Shown: positions 1 through 7,647 of the stretch, piece after piece | Layout of the letters: every line of letters begins with the position of its first letter | How positions within the stretch are numbered: position 1 is the stretch's first letter | IMG/VR virus record: IMGVR_UViG_3300044676_005230 | Coordinates: 1 to 33,342 of that record | Length of the DNA: 33,342 nucleotides | Strand: one strand, 5' to 3' | DNA from: a virus | Taxonomy: Duplodnaviria > Caudoviricetes | The notes under the pieces: generated by a model | Seen by the model: only the letters and a program-made list of their open reading frames with translations | Database searches by the model: none | What the model was told of the DNA's origin: nothing | Position numbers and translations under genes: made by a program

Positions 1-179
1 TCTGCGCAACCTGCTCTTGGCTGTGTGTTCTAGCGTTCCCCGGATAAGGCAGAAGGCTTGATATTTCCCTCTCTTTTATTGTGTCTACTTTCATCCCAGT
101 CCTTTCGGGTGTTGGGTTAATGATTTAAGTATTTTGCTGCGTCAAAATAGTTGTGGTCTGCGTGCATACCTAGCTTTCG
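1..179. repeat. Terminal direct repeat, left copy (circular assembly overlap)
   Basis: Matches 33164-33342 except 4 substitutions at 128, 129, 131 and 132. The genes at the two ends join across it. Confidence 0.95.
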
Positions 180-1031
180 AGCTATAGCTGGCACCAGTCC
201 AGTGCCGTGAACAATAATTACGAACGGCTGTTTTATGCGGTCTAGTATTGACTGATCATACAGCCGGACCATTTCAACAAACTCGTTAGCTTGCCTGGCC
301 ATATCGTTGTTAGTCTCAAAAGTTTTGCCGTCAAAATGCACTTGTACGTGGCCGTCGCCATATCGCTCTTTAAGAAAAGGACTGTATTCGCCCTCGTCAC
401 CAAACGATGAGTCAACACCAAACAAATGGATTTCGGTAAAACCAAGAGTAGCCCCGACCTCAATACTACGCATGGCAACAGTGCTTGAGTAATTTGGACA
501 ACACACCCAACTCTCATGTGGGTACTGTTGTTTTAACCACTCTGGTTCAATGTAATCGCTCTGGCAGTGCCACAAGTAAGCGTCTGTGTGCTTGAGCGCC
601 TCGATTGTATCCGGGTGAACCTGTGAGGCTATAAGATATTTTGTGGTCGTTTTTTTAGGCTTCTTAGCCATAGGCTTTTTAACGTATCCAGCCACCCAAT
701 CCATCGGATCGAGAACAGCGTGGTAATCAGGAATGATTGCCTTGCCTCTTAGGTAATCGTGAACCTTGTTAACCGAGAGAATCTTAGCCTTGCGCTTCTT
801 TTTTAAGCCCTTGATCGTTTTAATTTGATCTTTGAGCGAGGGGCCACCACCACATATGCAGAGAACGCCTGATTCTGAACCAACCAAACTAACCATGCTC
901 GGCAGCTTTGGTGCATTTTCTTTAACCCGCTTGCGCTCTGTCTCTGCTCCGTGCAGACGGCCTGTGTTAGCCCCCAGCGCAAAATGTAGCGGTGCCAGAC
1001 GGGTTGGCGCGGTCTCGAATAATGGCTTCAT
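117..1031 (-). CDS. DUF115/Maf/MptE-like protein, probable CMP-sugar (sialyltransferase-fold) glycosyltransferase
   Basis: Motifs ICGGGPSL, SVN, IIPDYHAVLD, ASQVHP and STVAMR...LGFTEIHLFGVDSSF are typical of DUF115/Maf. ATGA overlap with the upstream gene. Confidence 0.75.
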   Translation of the reverse strand: MKPLFETAPTRLAPLHFALGANTGRLHGAETERKRVKENAPKLPSMVSLVGSESGVLCICGGGPSLKDQIKTIKGLKKKRKAKILSVNKVHDYLRGKAIIPDYHAVLDPMDWVAGYVKKPMAKKPKKTTTKYLIASQVHPDTIEALKHTDAYLWHCQSDYIEPEWLKQQYPHESWVCCPNYSSTVAMRSIEVGATLGFTEIHLFGVDSSFGDEGEYSPFLKERYGDGHVQVHFDGKTFETNNDMARQANEFVEMVRLYDQSILDRIKQPFVIIVHGTGLVPAIARKLGMHADHNYFDAAKYLNH

Positions 1032-1900
1032 GCCTCAAACTCGTGCCAGCCGGGGTGCCGGTATGTCTCGTTGAACTTCTCGATTAGGGTGTCCAGGTTA
1101 CTATCAGACCAGGCTATGTGTTGGTTGATCGTGCCCCAAGGACACTGACCGCCCGGCTCTATACCGAGCATGTTACACCATTGGCCCTCAGTGAAGACAT
1201 CTCCCCTCAAGTTATCAAACATCAAATAGGGCGCGTCTGAGTAAAACATCATCGCAGGCGGGCCGTTGGCGCTGCATACGTTCAAGCTGGCTTGCTCATA
1301 GAGCGCCATGCGTAGCCGCAAATCCATAGCCGCAGGCTCGTAAACGTTCCAGTCAAACGTCTTGTACCTCTGCCCACCAAGTAAATCCTCTTGGTCCGGC
1401 ACCACCACAACTCTGAATCCCCGTTCGGTAAGGTGGTCGTAGAAGTCATGCCACTCCCGCATATCCACGTTCCGCTGTGGGAAGTGGTTGGACGTGCGCA
1501 ACGTTAGTGTAACATCGCACTCAGGGACAATAGACCGCGCGTAGCCCGGCGCAGTTAAAACCCTGGGCTTTGCACCCTGCTTGAATAGTTCCCCAACCGC
1601 CTTGGCAAGATAGGGTGTCTCGTGAGCGGCAGACGGGCTGCGATCTACCGTGCAAGTCATTAGCGTAGGTAGAAGCTCGTTTACCTCAAGCAAGATGCCC
1701 CGAATACGCCAGTTCTTTTCCTGGGGACTCGTCTCAACGTCCCGCTGTGTGACGCCACGGAATCCGTCCGCCTGGATTTTCACGCTCAAGGTGTCGTGCT
1801 GGGTGACCTGCCGGTAACATTCGCAGATCGTGAGAAAGGTTCCGTAATCGAATGTAACTGGCGCTGATTTTAAATCGTAAACCGCGTCCAGAACCTTCAT
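1028..1900 (-). CDS. Putative GT-B fold glycosyltransferase (GT9-like C-terminal domain)
   Basis: VTLTLR...RN...W, RVVVVPD and LRLRMALYEQASLNVCSANGP resemble the GT9-type nucleotide-sugar binding region. GGAGG RBS upstream. Confidence 0.55.
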   Translation of the reverse strand: MKVLDAVYDLKSAPVTFDYGTFLTICECYRQVTQHDTLSVKIQADGFRGVTQRDVETSPQEKNWRIRGILLEVNELLPTLMTCTVDRSPSAAHETPYLAKAVGELFKQGAKPRVLTAPGYARSIVPECDVTLTLRTSNHFPQRNVDMREWHDFYDHLTERGFRVVVVPDQEDLLGGQRYKTFDWNVYEPAAMDLRLRMALYEQASLNVCSANGPPAMMFYSDAPYLMFDNLRGDVFTEGQWCNMLGIEPGGQCPWGTINQHIAWSDSNLDTLIEKFNETYRHPGWHEFEA

Positions 1901-2026
1901 AAGCCTCCAAGGGGTTCGCCCCGTCTGTTCCTGCCTTGCGCTGATTTAGCTGCTATAAGTTGCTGGCGACTGCCGGGCGATTTCGTTGCAACGACCCTAA
2001 TCTTTAGGGATTAGATCGCCGCACAT

Positions 2027-2057
2027 AAAAAAACCCGCCGGACGTTGCGCCAGCGGG
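2027..2057 (-). terminator. Rho-independent terminator (tR'-like) just downstream of the late promoter
   Basis: Minus strand CCCGCTGG-loop-CCGGCGGG followed by T7. Confidence 0.8.
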
Positions 2058-2082
2058 CATAAAAGTTCATTCAATAGAAATC

Positions 2083-2111
2083 GTCATACCACATCTTGAG
2101 TATTTTTTCAA
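2083..2111 (-). promoter_or_regulatory. Late promoter (pR'-like), sigma70 type
   Basis: TTGAAA-17nt-TATGAC with extended -10 TG. Lies downstream of the Q-like gene and upstream of a terminator. Confidence 0.65.
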
Positions 2112-2115
2112 GTTG

Positions 2116-2295
2116 CTACAACATGGGCGTAACTTTGTTGCGTATTTCATTTGATACTTTTTCAAGGTCGTCTGCCAATTTTTCCATCTGAATCAAATTC
2201 TCTGGATTTTTCGGTAACCGTTGAAACGTTGCAAATATTGCTTCAGATAATTCTTCAATGCTGTGTAACGCAAACGCGTTTGAGTTATATTTCAC
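2116..2295 (-). CDS. Small hypothetical helical protein (59 aa, below the ORF-track cutoff)
   Basis: GTG...TAG, MKYNSNAFALHSIEELSEAIFATFQRLPKNPENLIQMEKLADDLEKVSNEIRNKVTPML. Fills the gap between the Q-like gene and the late promoter. Confidence 0.6.
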   Translation of the reverse strand: MKYNSNAFALHSIEELSEAIFATFQRLPKNPENLIQMEKLADDLEKVSNEIRNKVTPML

Positions 2296-2303
2296 AGCGT
2301 AGC

Positions 2304-2762
2304 CTAAACAGGTTGCATTTCTAAAATCGCATCCAGCCCTTGCCGCAATGCGTAATATTTGTTTTGCCTAGCTTCGTGTAGCCAGCACATTGATTTAACA
2401 ATATCAAGTCGGCGTACTGAACGCAGAGCGCAATTTATTTTAGACAGTAATTTTTGACGTTCCACATCCTTAAACGTTTCGGTATCCACACCATTGCCGC
2501 CGCCGGAGCTAAAACTTGCGGTCTTGGCGTGTGGCTGACCATACACAAGCGTCATTAATTCTTCATAGCGTCTGCCAGCGTCATATTGGCTTCGCGTAAT
2601 CTCATTTTGACCCAACGCCCGACCAAGCGGATCGTCGGGTAAATCCGGGTGACCAATTGTCGCCTCTTTCATCGCACGATGCAGTGTCACAAATTGATTC
2701 ATTTCCTGACGAGCTGCGGCTTTGCTGCGACGTTTTTGTATTAATTGGGCGTTCTTACTCAT
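2304..2762 (-). CDS. Putative late-gene regulator/antiterminator (Q-like position, DUF6456-like)
   Basis: Near the end of the early operon, before the promoter+terminator unit. ITRSQYDAGRRY and LRQGLDA motifs as in alphaproteobacterial phage Q-like proteins. Confidence 0.55.
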   Translation of the reverse strand: MSKNAQLIQKRRSKAAARQEMNQFVTLHRAMKEATIGHPDLPDDPLGRALGQNEITRSQYDAGRRYEELMTLVYGQPHAKTASFSSGGGNGVDTETFKDVERQKLLSKINCALRSVRRLDIVKSMCWLHEARQNKYYALRQGLDAILEMQPV

Positions 2763-2959
2763 GCCGCCCTCACCTTTGCTGGCGGTGCGCCGTCACTTTC
2801 ACTTACAGCAGCAAACTCCTCTTTGACCTGTTGCGGTGCCGCATCAACGGCTAGTTTTCCAGATCGTCGGTTGCATTTTGGGCATTGCGTCCAGACTGGA
2901 GGACCGCCCGAAACGTCGTTTAAAACAAACCATTGATGACCGTCGCAAAAACAATTCAT
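2759..2959 (-). CDS. Small zinc-ribbon hypothetical protein
   Basis: CFCDG...CPKC. Start/stop overlaps with both neighbours. Confidence 0.65.
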   Translation of the reverse strand: MNCFCDGHQWFVLNDVSGGPPVWTQCPKCNRRSGKLAVDAAPQQVKEEFAAVSESDGAPPAKVRAA

Positions 2960-3522
2960 TACTGACCTCTCATTTCAATGGTTTTTCGGCGCTTTGATTT
3001 GAACCTGTTTCGGCAATCTCGCATCAACGCATCTAATTCTGCAGACTCAATTTTTTCCTTGGCGGGTGGCGGTATACGCCGCAGCGCCATAGATATTTTA
3101 CCAGCCATCATAACTCGGTTGGTCATTTCGGAATTAACCATCTCAGCCACTTCCGCTGGTGTCGGCAAACGGTTACCCCACTTCCAGCAACCCAAAATCA
3201 ACGTCACAGACCTCTCCAGCAAATCCGCTGGCAGTTTGTTTAGATACAGGTTGTAGGTCGCCGCTAGTTGTTGTGGGTCGTTTATTTTCACGTTGAACGC
3301 CCGACCAAAATCCAGAAGTCGTTTGATCGCAACTGCCCGATCTGCAGGGCTGGCCGGGATCAGTTTGCTTTCCAGAACATTCTGCGCCTCGGTAAGCCGC
3401 CGCGCTGTCGCGGCTTTCGGTAGCTCCATGCTGGGAGTCCAATTTTCCAAGCCCAACCGCGTCAAGGACTGCTCTAGCGTCGTCGGCTCGGTCTGGTTCG
3501 TTAGCGCGGATGTGGTTGTCAT
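2959..3522 (-). CDS. Replication accessory protein (helicase-loader-like position)
   Basis: Follows the initiator. LPADLL...W..RLPTPAE motif is typical of P-like partners. Confidence 0.55.
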   Translation of the reverse strand: MTTTSALTNQTEPTTLEQSLTRLGLENWTPSMELPKAATARRLTEAQNVLESKLIPASPADRAVAIKRLLDFGRAFNVKINDPQQLAATYNLYLNKLPADLLERSVTLILGCWKWGNRLPTPAEVAEMVNSEMTNRVMMAGKISMALRRIPPPAKEKIESAELDALMRDCRNRFKSKRRKTIEMRGQ

Positions 3523-4198
3523 AGCTACCTTCCATAATTTTTGTGAAACTCTGTGCCTTAATTACGAAATCAAAATCAGCTTTCCAGTTCGTTGATTTGC
3601 CGCTCAAAAAATCTGAATTTTCAATTTTATCTAGCGCGTGACGCCAACCGTCTAGTCCACCACACTCTTGCAGCCTTCGGTCTAGGTTTGCCGTGCGCCG
3701 CGCGTTTAAATTCTGAGGCACAGACAAACCAACTCGCTTTGCCATATCAACAAATTGATCAAACGCTATTTGCGTATATTCCTCTTCCCTTCCCTTCCCT
3801 TCCTTTCCTTTCCCTTCCTTTCCGTCTGTGAGGACTCCATGAGTACTCACTGATGACTCAGTGAATGGTCCTAATTTGGCTATATTGCTAGGGGTTGGTC
3901 GGTTTATTCGTTGATGTTCTGTAAATTTTTCAACGCAACCATAGGTTTTTCCGTCGCTGCCAATGCCCGTGGTAATAAAGCCTATTTTTTTGAGTTCATT
4001 GAGACTGTCTTGAACGCTCACGGGGTCCTCACGAAGCGGACAGCACTCGGCCTTAACTAATTTTGGATTAGCGTTAAAATACCCCTCATCGTCTGCATAA
4101 TTTAAAAGAGCAGCTGCAAGCATGTGCGTCTCTGGAGCTAAATCGCTTAACTCTTCGTGCTTCCAAAAACCCGGTTTAACCGTTCGTATTCTGCCCAT
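3173..4198 (-). CDS. Phage replication initiator (O-like)
   Basis: MGRIRTVKPGFW...NYADDEG N-terminus, HQRINRPTPS, GKEGKG linker, WKADFDFV...KIMEGSY C-domain. Confidence 0.8.
   Translation of the reverse strand: MGRIRTVKPGFWKHEELSDLAPETHMLAAALLNYADDEGYFNANPKLVKAECCPLREDPVSVQDSLNELKKIGFITTGIGSDGKTYGCVEKFTEHQRINRPTPSNIAKLGPFTESSVSTHGVLTDGKEGKGKEGKGREEEYTQIAFDQFVDMAKRVGLSVPQNLNARRTANLDRRLQECGGLDGWRHALDKIENSDFLSGKSTNWKADFDFVIKAQSFTKIMEGSYDNHIRANEPDRADDARAVLDAVGLGKLDSQHGATESRDSAAAYRGAECSGKQTDPGQPCRSGSCDQTTSGFWSGVQRENKRPTTTSGDLQPVSKQTASGFAGEVCDVDFGLLEVG
3781..3861. repeat. Putative replication origin: three 11-bp iterons next to a pyrimidine pentamer tract
   Basis: TGAGGACTCCA/TGAGTACTCAC/TGATGACTCAG in tandem at 3829-3861; TTCCC/TTCCT-type pentamer run at 3781-3823. 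Inside the initiator gene, as for the lambda ori. Confidence 0.6.
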
Positions 4199-4201
4199 CT
4201 A

Positions 4202-4762
4202 TCATAACTCCACACACGCTGCTGCGGAGGTCGAGCAACCGCTTGCTGCAAACTCCGGTGTTATAAATCGACAATCTATTGGTCTGCCTCGCTTTATTGG
4301 TAAATTCTCTGTCGAATAATCACACCAGACCTCTTTGAGAACGACTGGCGGCGGCGGCGGCGGGCTGAACGACTTTTCTGTCACGCGCTCCCCAAATTTT
4401 CGCGACCACAAACTTACTAGCGAATCAGCGCGCTCTGGATAATCAATTGCAATTTTAATCTTGCTCCACGTAACGCCTAAATTTTTCAATGAGCGCACCA
4501 AAGACCAATCAATATCGTTCTTTTTTTGGCGCTCCTCATGCTTTTTCATGCCGTGAGAAACGCAAGTATGATCTGATCTGCCCATCATTTTAGCAATTTG
4601 CGGTTGACTCAAACCACACTCGTTATACAAGCGAAAATAAGCCTCCTGGCGCGCGGCGGCAATTTTTCTCCCGCGCTGCCGTCCCGTCAACATTGCTTTA
4701 GACACACGATGACTTTCCATAACTTCATCAAGAATCGTTTTTGCGGTTTTGTACCTTTCCAT
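4202..4762 (-). CDS. DnaA C-terminal-like HTH protein
   Basis: ARQEAYFRL...LSQPQIAKMMGRSDHTCVSHG matches the DnaA_C RDHTTV-H motif. Confidence 0.75.
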   Translation of the reverse strand: MERYKTAKTILDEVMESHRVSKAMLTGRQRGRKIAAARQEAYFRLYNECGLSQPQIAKMMGRSDHTCVSHGMKKHEERQKKNDIDWSLVRSLKNLGVTWSKIKIAIDYPERADSLVSLWSRKFGERVTEKSFSPPPPPPVVLKEVWCDYSTENLPIKRGRPIDCRFITPEFAASGCSTSAAACVEL

Positions 4763-4950
4763 TACTCATCAACTCCCTGAACAAAATGTTTGCTGCGAAT
4801 CGCTGGTGGTTCGTTGCGTAATTGGTCCGCAACTAAATTCACTAATTTTTTGTAAGTTCTTTCCGCTCCTGTTTTTGTTAATTTAGCAATGCGGTAATCG
4901 TTTGCCGCTCTCTTTGCTTCTGGGGTTAGGTGGTCAAGATTCGGCTTCAT
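4762..4950 (-). CDS. Hypothetical protein
   Basis: 62 aa ORF translationally coupled to both neighbours. Confidence 0.65.
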   Translation of the reverse strand: MKPNLDHLTPEAKRAANDYRIAKLTKTGAERTYKKLVNLVADQLRNEPPAIRSKHFVQGVDE

Positions 4951-5282
4951 GCGCTCGCCTCCGCTAGCTCAACCCTGCAACCCATTGGAGCCTTGCCCCA
5001 TTGCAGAGTGATTTTTTGGATAAAAGAGTCGTCTTGAATCACACCCATCTTTACGAGAATGTCAGAGACCGCTTTTTCTAAGTTGCCTAAATCACGCTTG
5101 CGCTTGTCAGGTCGTGCGAATGTGTAAACGACGGTTACGTGACCATCTAACATCGGCGCTCGGCACAATGCCTGAGTCGCCCTTGACTTCCATTCCTTGT
5201 ACTTAGGTGAGGTATAGCGGCGTGACTTGCCAGAATATAACGCGTTGACACTTGGTGGATATGGGAGGTCTAGGCTAATCAT
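4947..5282 (-). CDS. rusA: RusA-family Holliday junction resolvase
   Basis: LPYPPSVN, PDKRKRDLGNLEKAVSD and IQDDS motifs. ATG at 5282 overlaps the upstream stop. Confidence 0.9.
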   Translation of the reverse strand: MISLDLPYPPSVNALYSGKSRRYTSPKYKEWKSRATQALCRAPMLDGHVTVVYTFARPDKRKRDLGNLEKAVSDILVKMGVIQDDSFIQKITLQWGKAPMGCRVELAEASA

Positions 5283-5740
5283 TTTTTTGCAGCAGACGTT
5301 AATTGTCGATTGCAATAATCGCGAATAGCTAAAGCCACTCTACCAACACTGCTTGCTTTCTGACTGATTTCTCGTAATTCGCTTGCAGTAAATTCTGAAT
5401 GCGTCATCGCCGCGTCTATCGACGTTGATACCTGCCCAACTTCGACGTATAGACGCCGCAGTTGCGCGCCAATCTCAAGAGCTTCAACGCGCTGATTTTT
5501 CAGCGCTTTATCAAACGCCTGTTCAAAAACCTCTTTGAAAACTGCGCCTTTGCCACGCGCAACCAGTTGAGCGTCTAACCGCGCGCCTAACTCTAAATCT
5601 AAATTCAAACGTTTGCGGTAGTCTGCCAACTTGTACAGAGCGTCAGCGTTAGTTTGACAATTTGCCAATTCGTTATCTGACAACTCTCTGACCGCAATAA
5701 TCAGTGCATTTCTGCGAGGCGTTTCCACTGCGGCTGTCAA
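5279..5740 (-). CDS. Hypothetical protein in the CII position
   Basis: 153 aa ORF directly after cro. Start uncertain (TTG). Confidence 0.55.
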   Translation of the reverse strand: MTAAVETPRRNALIIAVRELSDNELANCQTNADALYKLADYRKRLNLDLELGARLDAQLVARGKGAVFKEVFEQAFDKALKNQRVEALEIGAQLRRLYVEVGQVSTSIDAAMTHSEFTASELREISQKASSVGRVALAIRDYCNRQLTSAAKK

Positions 5741-5768
5741 AACGTCATGACCTTTTGGCAGTGACTTT

Positions 5769-5999
5769 TCATAAAGTCGTGTGCCACTTGGTCAATGTCT
5801 TCTCATCTAAAGGCACGTCACGTTGATTTGCCAAACTCAAAAGTCCAAGCCAGTACGCGACAGGCGCGCGACCGCGATTTTTCCACTGCCGCACACGCCA
5901 ATGTTTGTCAGGAAAACCGAGGCCAGCAGCGATCTCCATCGCACCGCCAAGCGCCTCAATCAGTTGCGGAATGTTGTCAGGTGTATTCTTCATGCTCAA
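5769..5999 (-). CDS. cro: Cro-like HTH regulator
   Basis: LIEALGG...IAAGLG...VRQWKNRGRAP motif. Divergent from cI. Start may be the ATG at 5993. Confidence 0.8.
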   Translation of the reverse strand: MSMKNTPDNIPQLIEALGGAMEIAAGLGFPDKHWRVRQWKNRGRAPVAYWLGLLSLANQRDVPLDEKTLTKWHTTL

Positions 6000-6058
6000 A
6001 TATGTACCAAAATGTACAATTCAACGCAAGCCCAAATGTACAACGCCGTGTTGTACAA
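6000..6058. promoter_or_regulatory. OR-like operators and cro promoter
   Basis: ATATGTACCAAAATGTACAA (6000-6019) plus TGTACA sites at 6037 and 6052. Minus-strand TTGCGT-17-TACATA. Confidence 0.75.
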
Positions 6059-6065
6059 ATAAAAA

Positions 6066-6731
6066 ATGGTAGAATTCCGAGAACGCGGTGACCGATTGCG
6101 CTGGGCGCGGGAGCAGGCTGGCTACGAAAATGCGCTTGATTTTGTTCGAGCGCATGACATCTCGCAATCTGCGTACTATCATCATGAATCGAACAGGCGC
6201 GGTTTTTCGTCAGCAGTCGCTGAAAGATATGCGCGTTTGTTGAGAATTGACTATACTTGGTTGCAAACAGGGAAAGGCTCACCGACAAAATCGGCAACAA
6301 ACAGTATTATTGGATTTGTCGGAACAAACGCTGAAGTTGAATTATTTGATGACGAAAATGCTCGGGTTTTTACTGACTACAAAAATTGGTGCATTAAAAC
6401 TGAATCGAGAGAAAACTTAGAAGCGGCGCCCTCGACGCCGGAAGGATCTGCCTTGGCAGAAGTCATAAAAGTTAAAGGGAATTCCAATTACCCGGCTTAT
6501 CAAAACGGCGACTTAATTTATCTGGCAGATAAGACAGCTAAGACAGACGATATGGTTGGGATGGTTGGGCGAGAATGTATAATTCAGCTTGCCGACGGTA
6601 GAAAATTGTTAAGAACCTTGTCGCGCGGATCGCGTAAAGGCGTTTTTACCCTTTTGTCGTACAATTCGCCACCGATTCACGACGTTAAAGTTGCTTGGGT
6701 TGCACCAATCAATTGGATTAAGCGATCATAA
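6066..6731 (+). CDS. cI: CI-like repressor (XRE HTH + degenerate S24 peptidase domain)
   Basis: RLRWAREQAG...YYHHESNRR...WLQTGKG HTH. C-terminal VKGNSNYP...GRECIIQLADGR S24 fold. Confidence 0.9.
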   Translation: MVEFRERGDRLRWAREQAGYENALDFVRAHDISQSAYYHHESNRRGFSSAVAERYARLLRIDYTWLQTGKGSPTKSATNSIIGFVGTNAEVELFDDENARVFTDYKNWCIKTESRENLEAAPSTPEGSALAEVIKVKGNSNYPAYQNGDLIYLADKTAKTDDMVGMVGRECIIQLADGRKLLRTLSRGSRKGVFTLLSYNSPPIHDVKVAWVAPINWIKRS

Positions 6732-6820
6732 ATATAATGACGTGCTGACGGGTTCTGAGCTAGCCTTTTACGGACTTATCTCCTTTTTCTCTTAGCCCAA
6801 TTACCTCAATAAAAAAAAGA

Positions 6821-6876
6821 ATATGTGCCACTTTGTACAATATTGCTTGATTGCTGTTGTACATTTTGGTACATAT
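6821..6876. promoter_or_regulatory. OL-like operators and plus-strand early promoter
   Basis: 6857-6876 is the exact reverse complement of 6000-6019. Variant ATATGTGCCACTTTGTACAA at 6821-6840. TTGATT-17-TACATA promoter. Confidence 0.8.
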
Positions 6877-6901
6877 GTCTCCGTCAAAAGGGAGACAGAC
6901 C

Positions 6902-7243
6902 ATGAATTATCAACCATTTGCGGCAAATCACCCGCTTTCACCTGAAAATCAGTACGCCGAGGATTCAGAAACTATTTTTGAGTTTCAGAGGGTCTGCACC
7001 CGCGCAATTAACTCAATGCGCGCAAGTGCAGAGACGTTAGAAAACCTCAACACAATCGACGGCAAAAAGAAAGCGCAAGCGGCGCGCGACCTGATTGAAG
7101 ATCTGCAATTGCAATTATTTGATGAGGGTCTTTGCTCAGACGAACAGGGCAACGCGTCAGTTTTGCCGCTACCAGATTACGTAGATTTTTTAATTGATGC
7201 TGGTCGGCACCCAAGGTTTTTGTGCGGGGAGTCAGAATTATGA
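6902..7243 (+). CDS. Hypothetical early protein
   Basis: GGGAG RBS before ATG 6902. First gene after the OL promoter. Confidence 0.7.
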   Translation: MNYQPFAANHPLSPENQYAEDSETIFEFQRVCTRAINSMRASAETLENLNTIDGKKKAQAARDLIEDLQLQLFDEGLCSDEQGNASVLPLPDYVDFLIDAGRHPRFLCGESEL

Positions 7244-7464
7244 GTTTGATGTTTTGCGACAAATGCCAAACTAACGTCGATACAGATTTGCATGGCGGTA
7301 TATCGCCTAGCCTGAGAAATAATGACGATTCGGGTGTCGATTATATCTGTGATAACTGCATCGAAGATTTGACCCCACTGGACTTGCAAAAATTGGGGTT
7401 TGACTACGACACACTTTTGCCTCTTAGCGACGAGGCGATGGCGCGCGCAAAGGCAACGCCATGA
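7240..7464 (+). CDS. Small zinc-finger hypothetical protein
   Basis: CDKC...CDNC. ATGA overlaps on both sides. Confidence 0.7.
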   Translation: MSLMFCDKCQTNVDTDLHGGISPSLRNNDDSGVDYICDNCIEDLTPLDLQKLGFDYDTLLPLSDEAMARAKATP

Positions 7465-7637
7465 TTACTTACTGGCGCAACCTTAGTCGCACAACTCAAG
7501 TGTTTATTGATGCCTTTGGCTTTGCCCTAAGTTTTATCACCATTCTGGTTGTTCTCGCCATTGTTGGTGGCGTGCTAACGGGCTGTAGCGAGTCACGTGA
7601 GTACGTTTGTGCTCAGCATGAAACATCTTGTGTTTAG
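7461..7637 (+). CDS. Small membrane protein/lipoprotein (58 aa, not in ORF track)
   Basis: MITYWRNLSRTTQVFIDAFGFALSFITILVVLAIVGGVLTGCSESREYVCAQHETSCV. Hydrophobic stretch ending in LTGC. Confidence 0.65.
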   Translation: MITYWRNLSRTTQVFIDAFGFALSFITILVVLAIVGGVLTGCSESREYVCAQHETSCV

Positions 7638-7647
7638 GAGAGAGTAA

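Noticed and set aside
1-179. Physical terminal repeat or DGR variable/template pair
   Set aside because: It cuts through coding sequence as expected for a circular assembly overlap. There is no reverse transcriptase and the changes are not adenine-specific.
1976-2020. The three-way junction has GAAA plus a GAUC/stem-III geometry like a type III hammerhead
   Set aside because: No CUGANGA box before stem II. Kept only as an unexplained structure.
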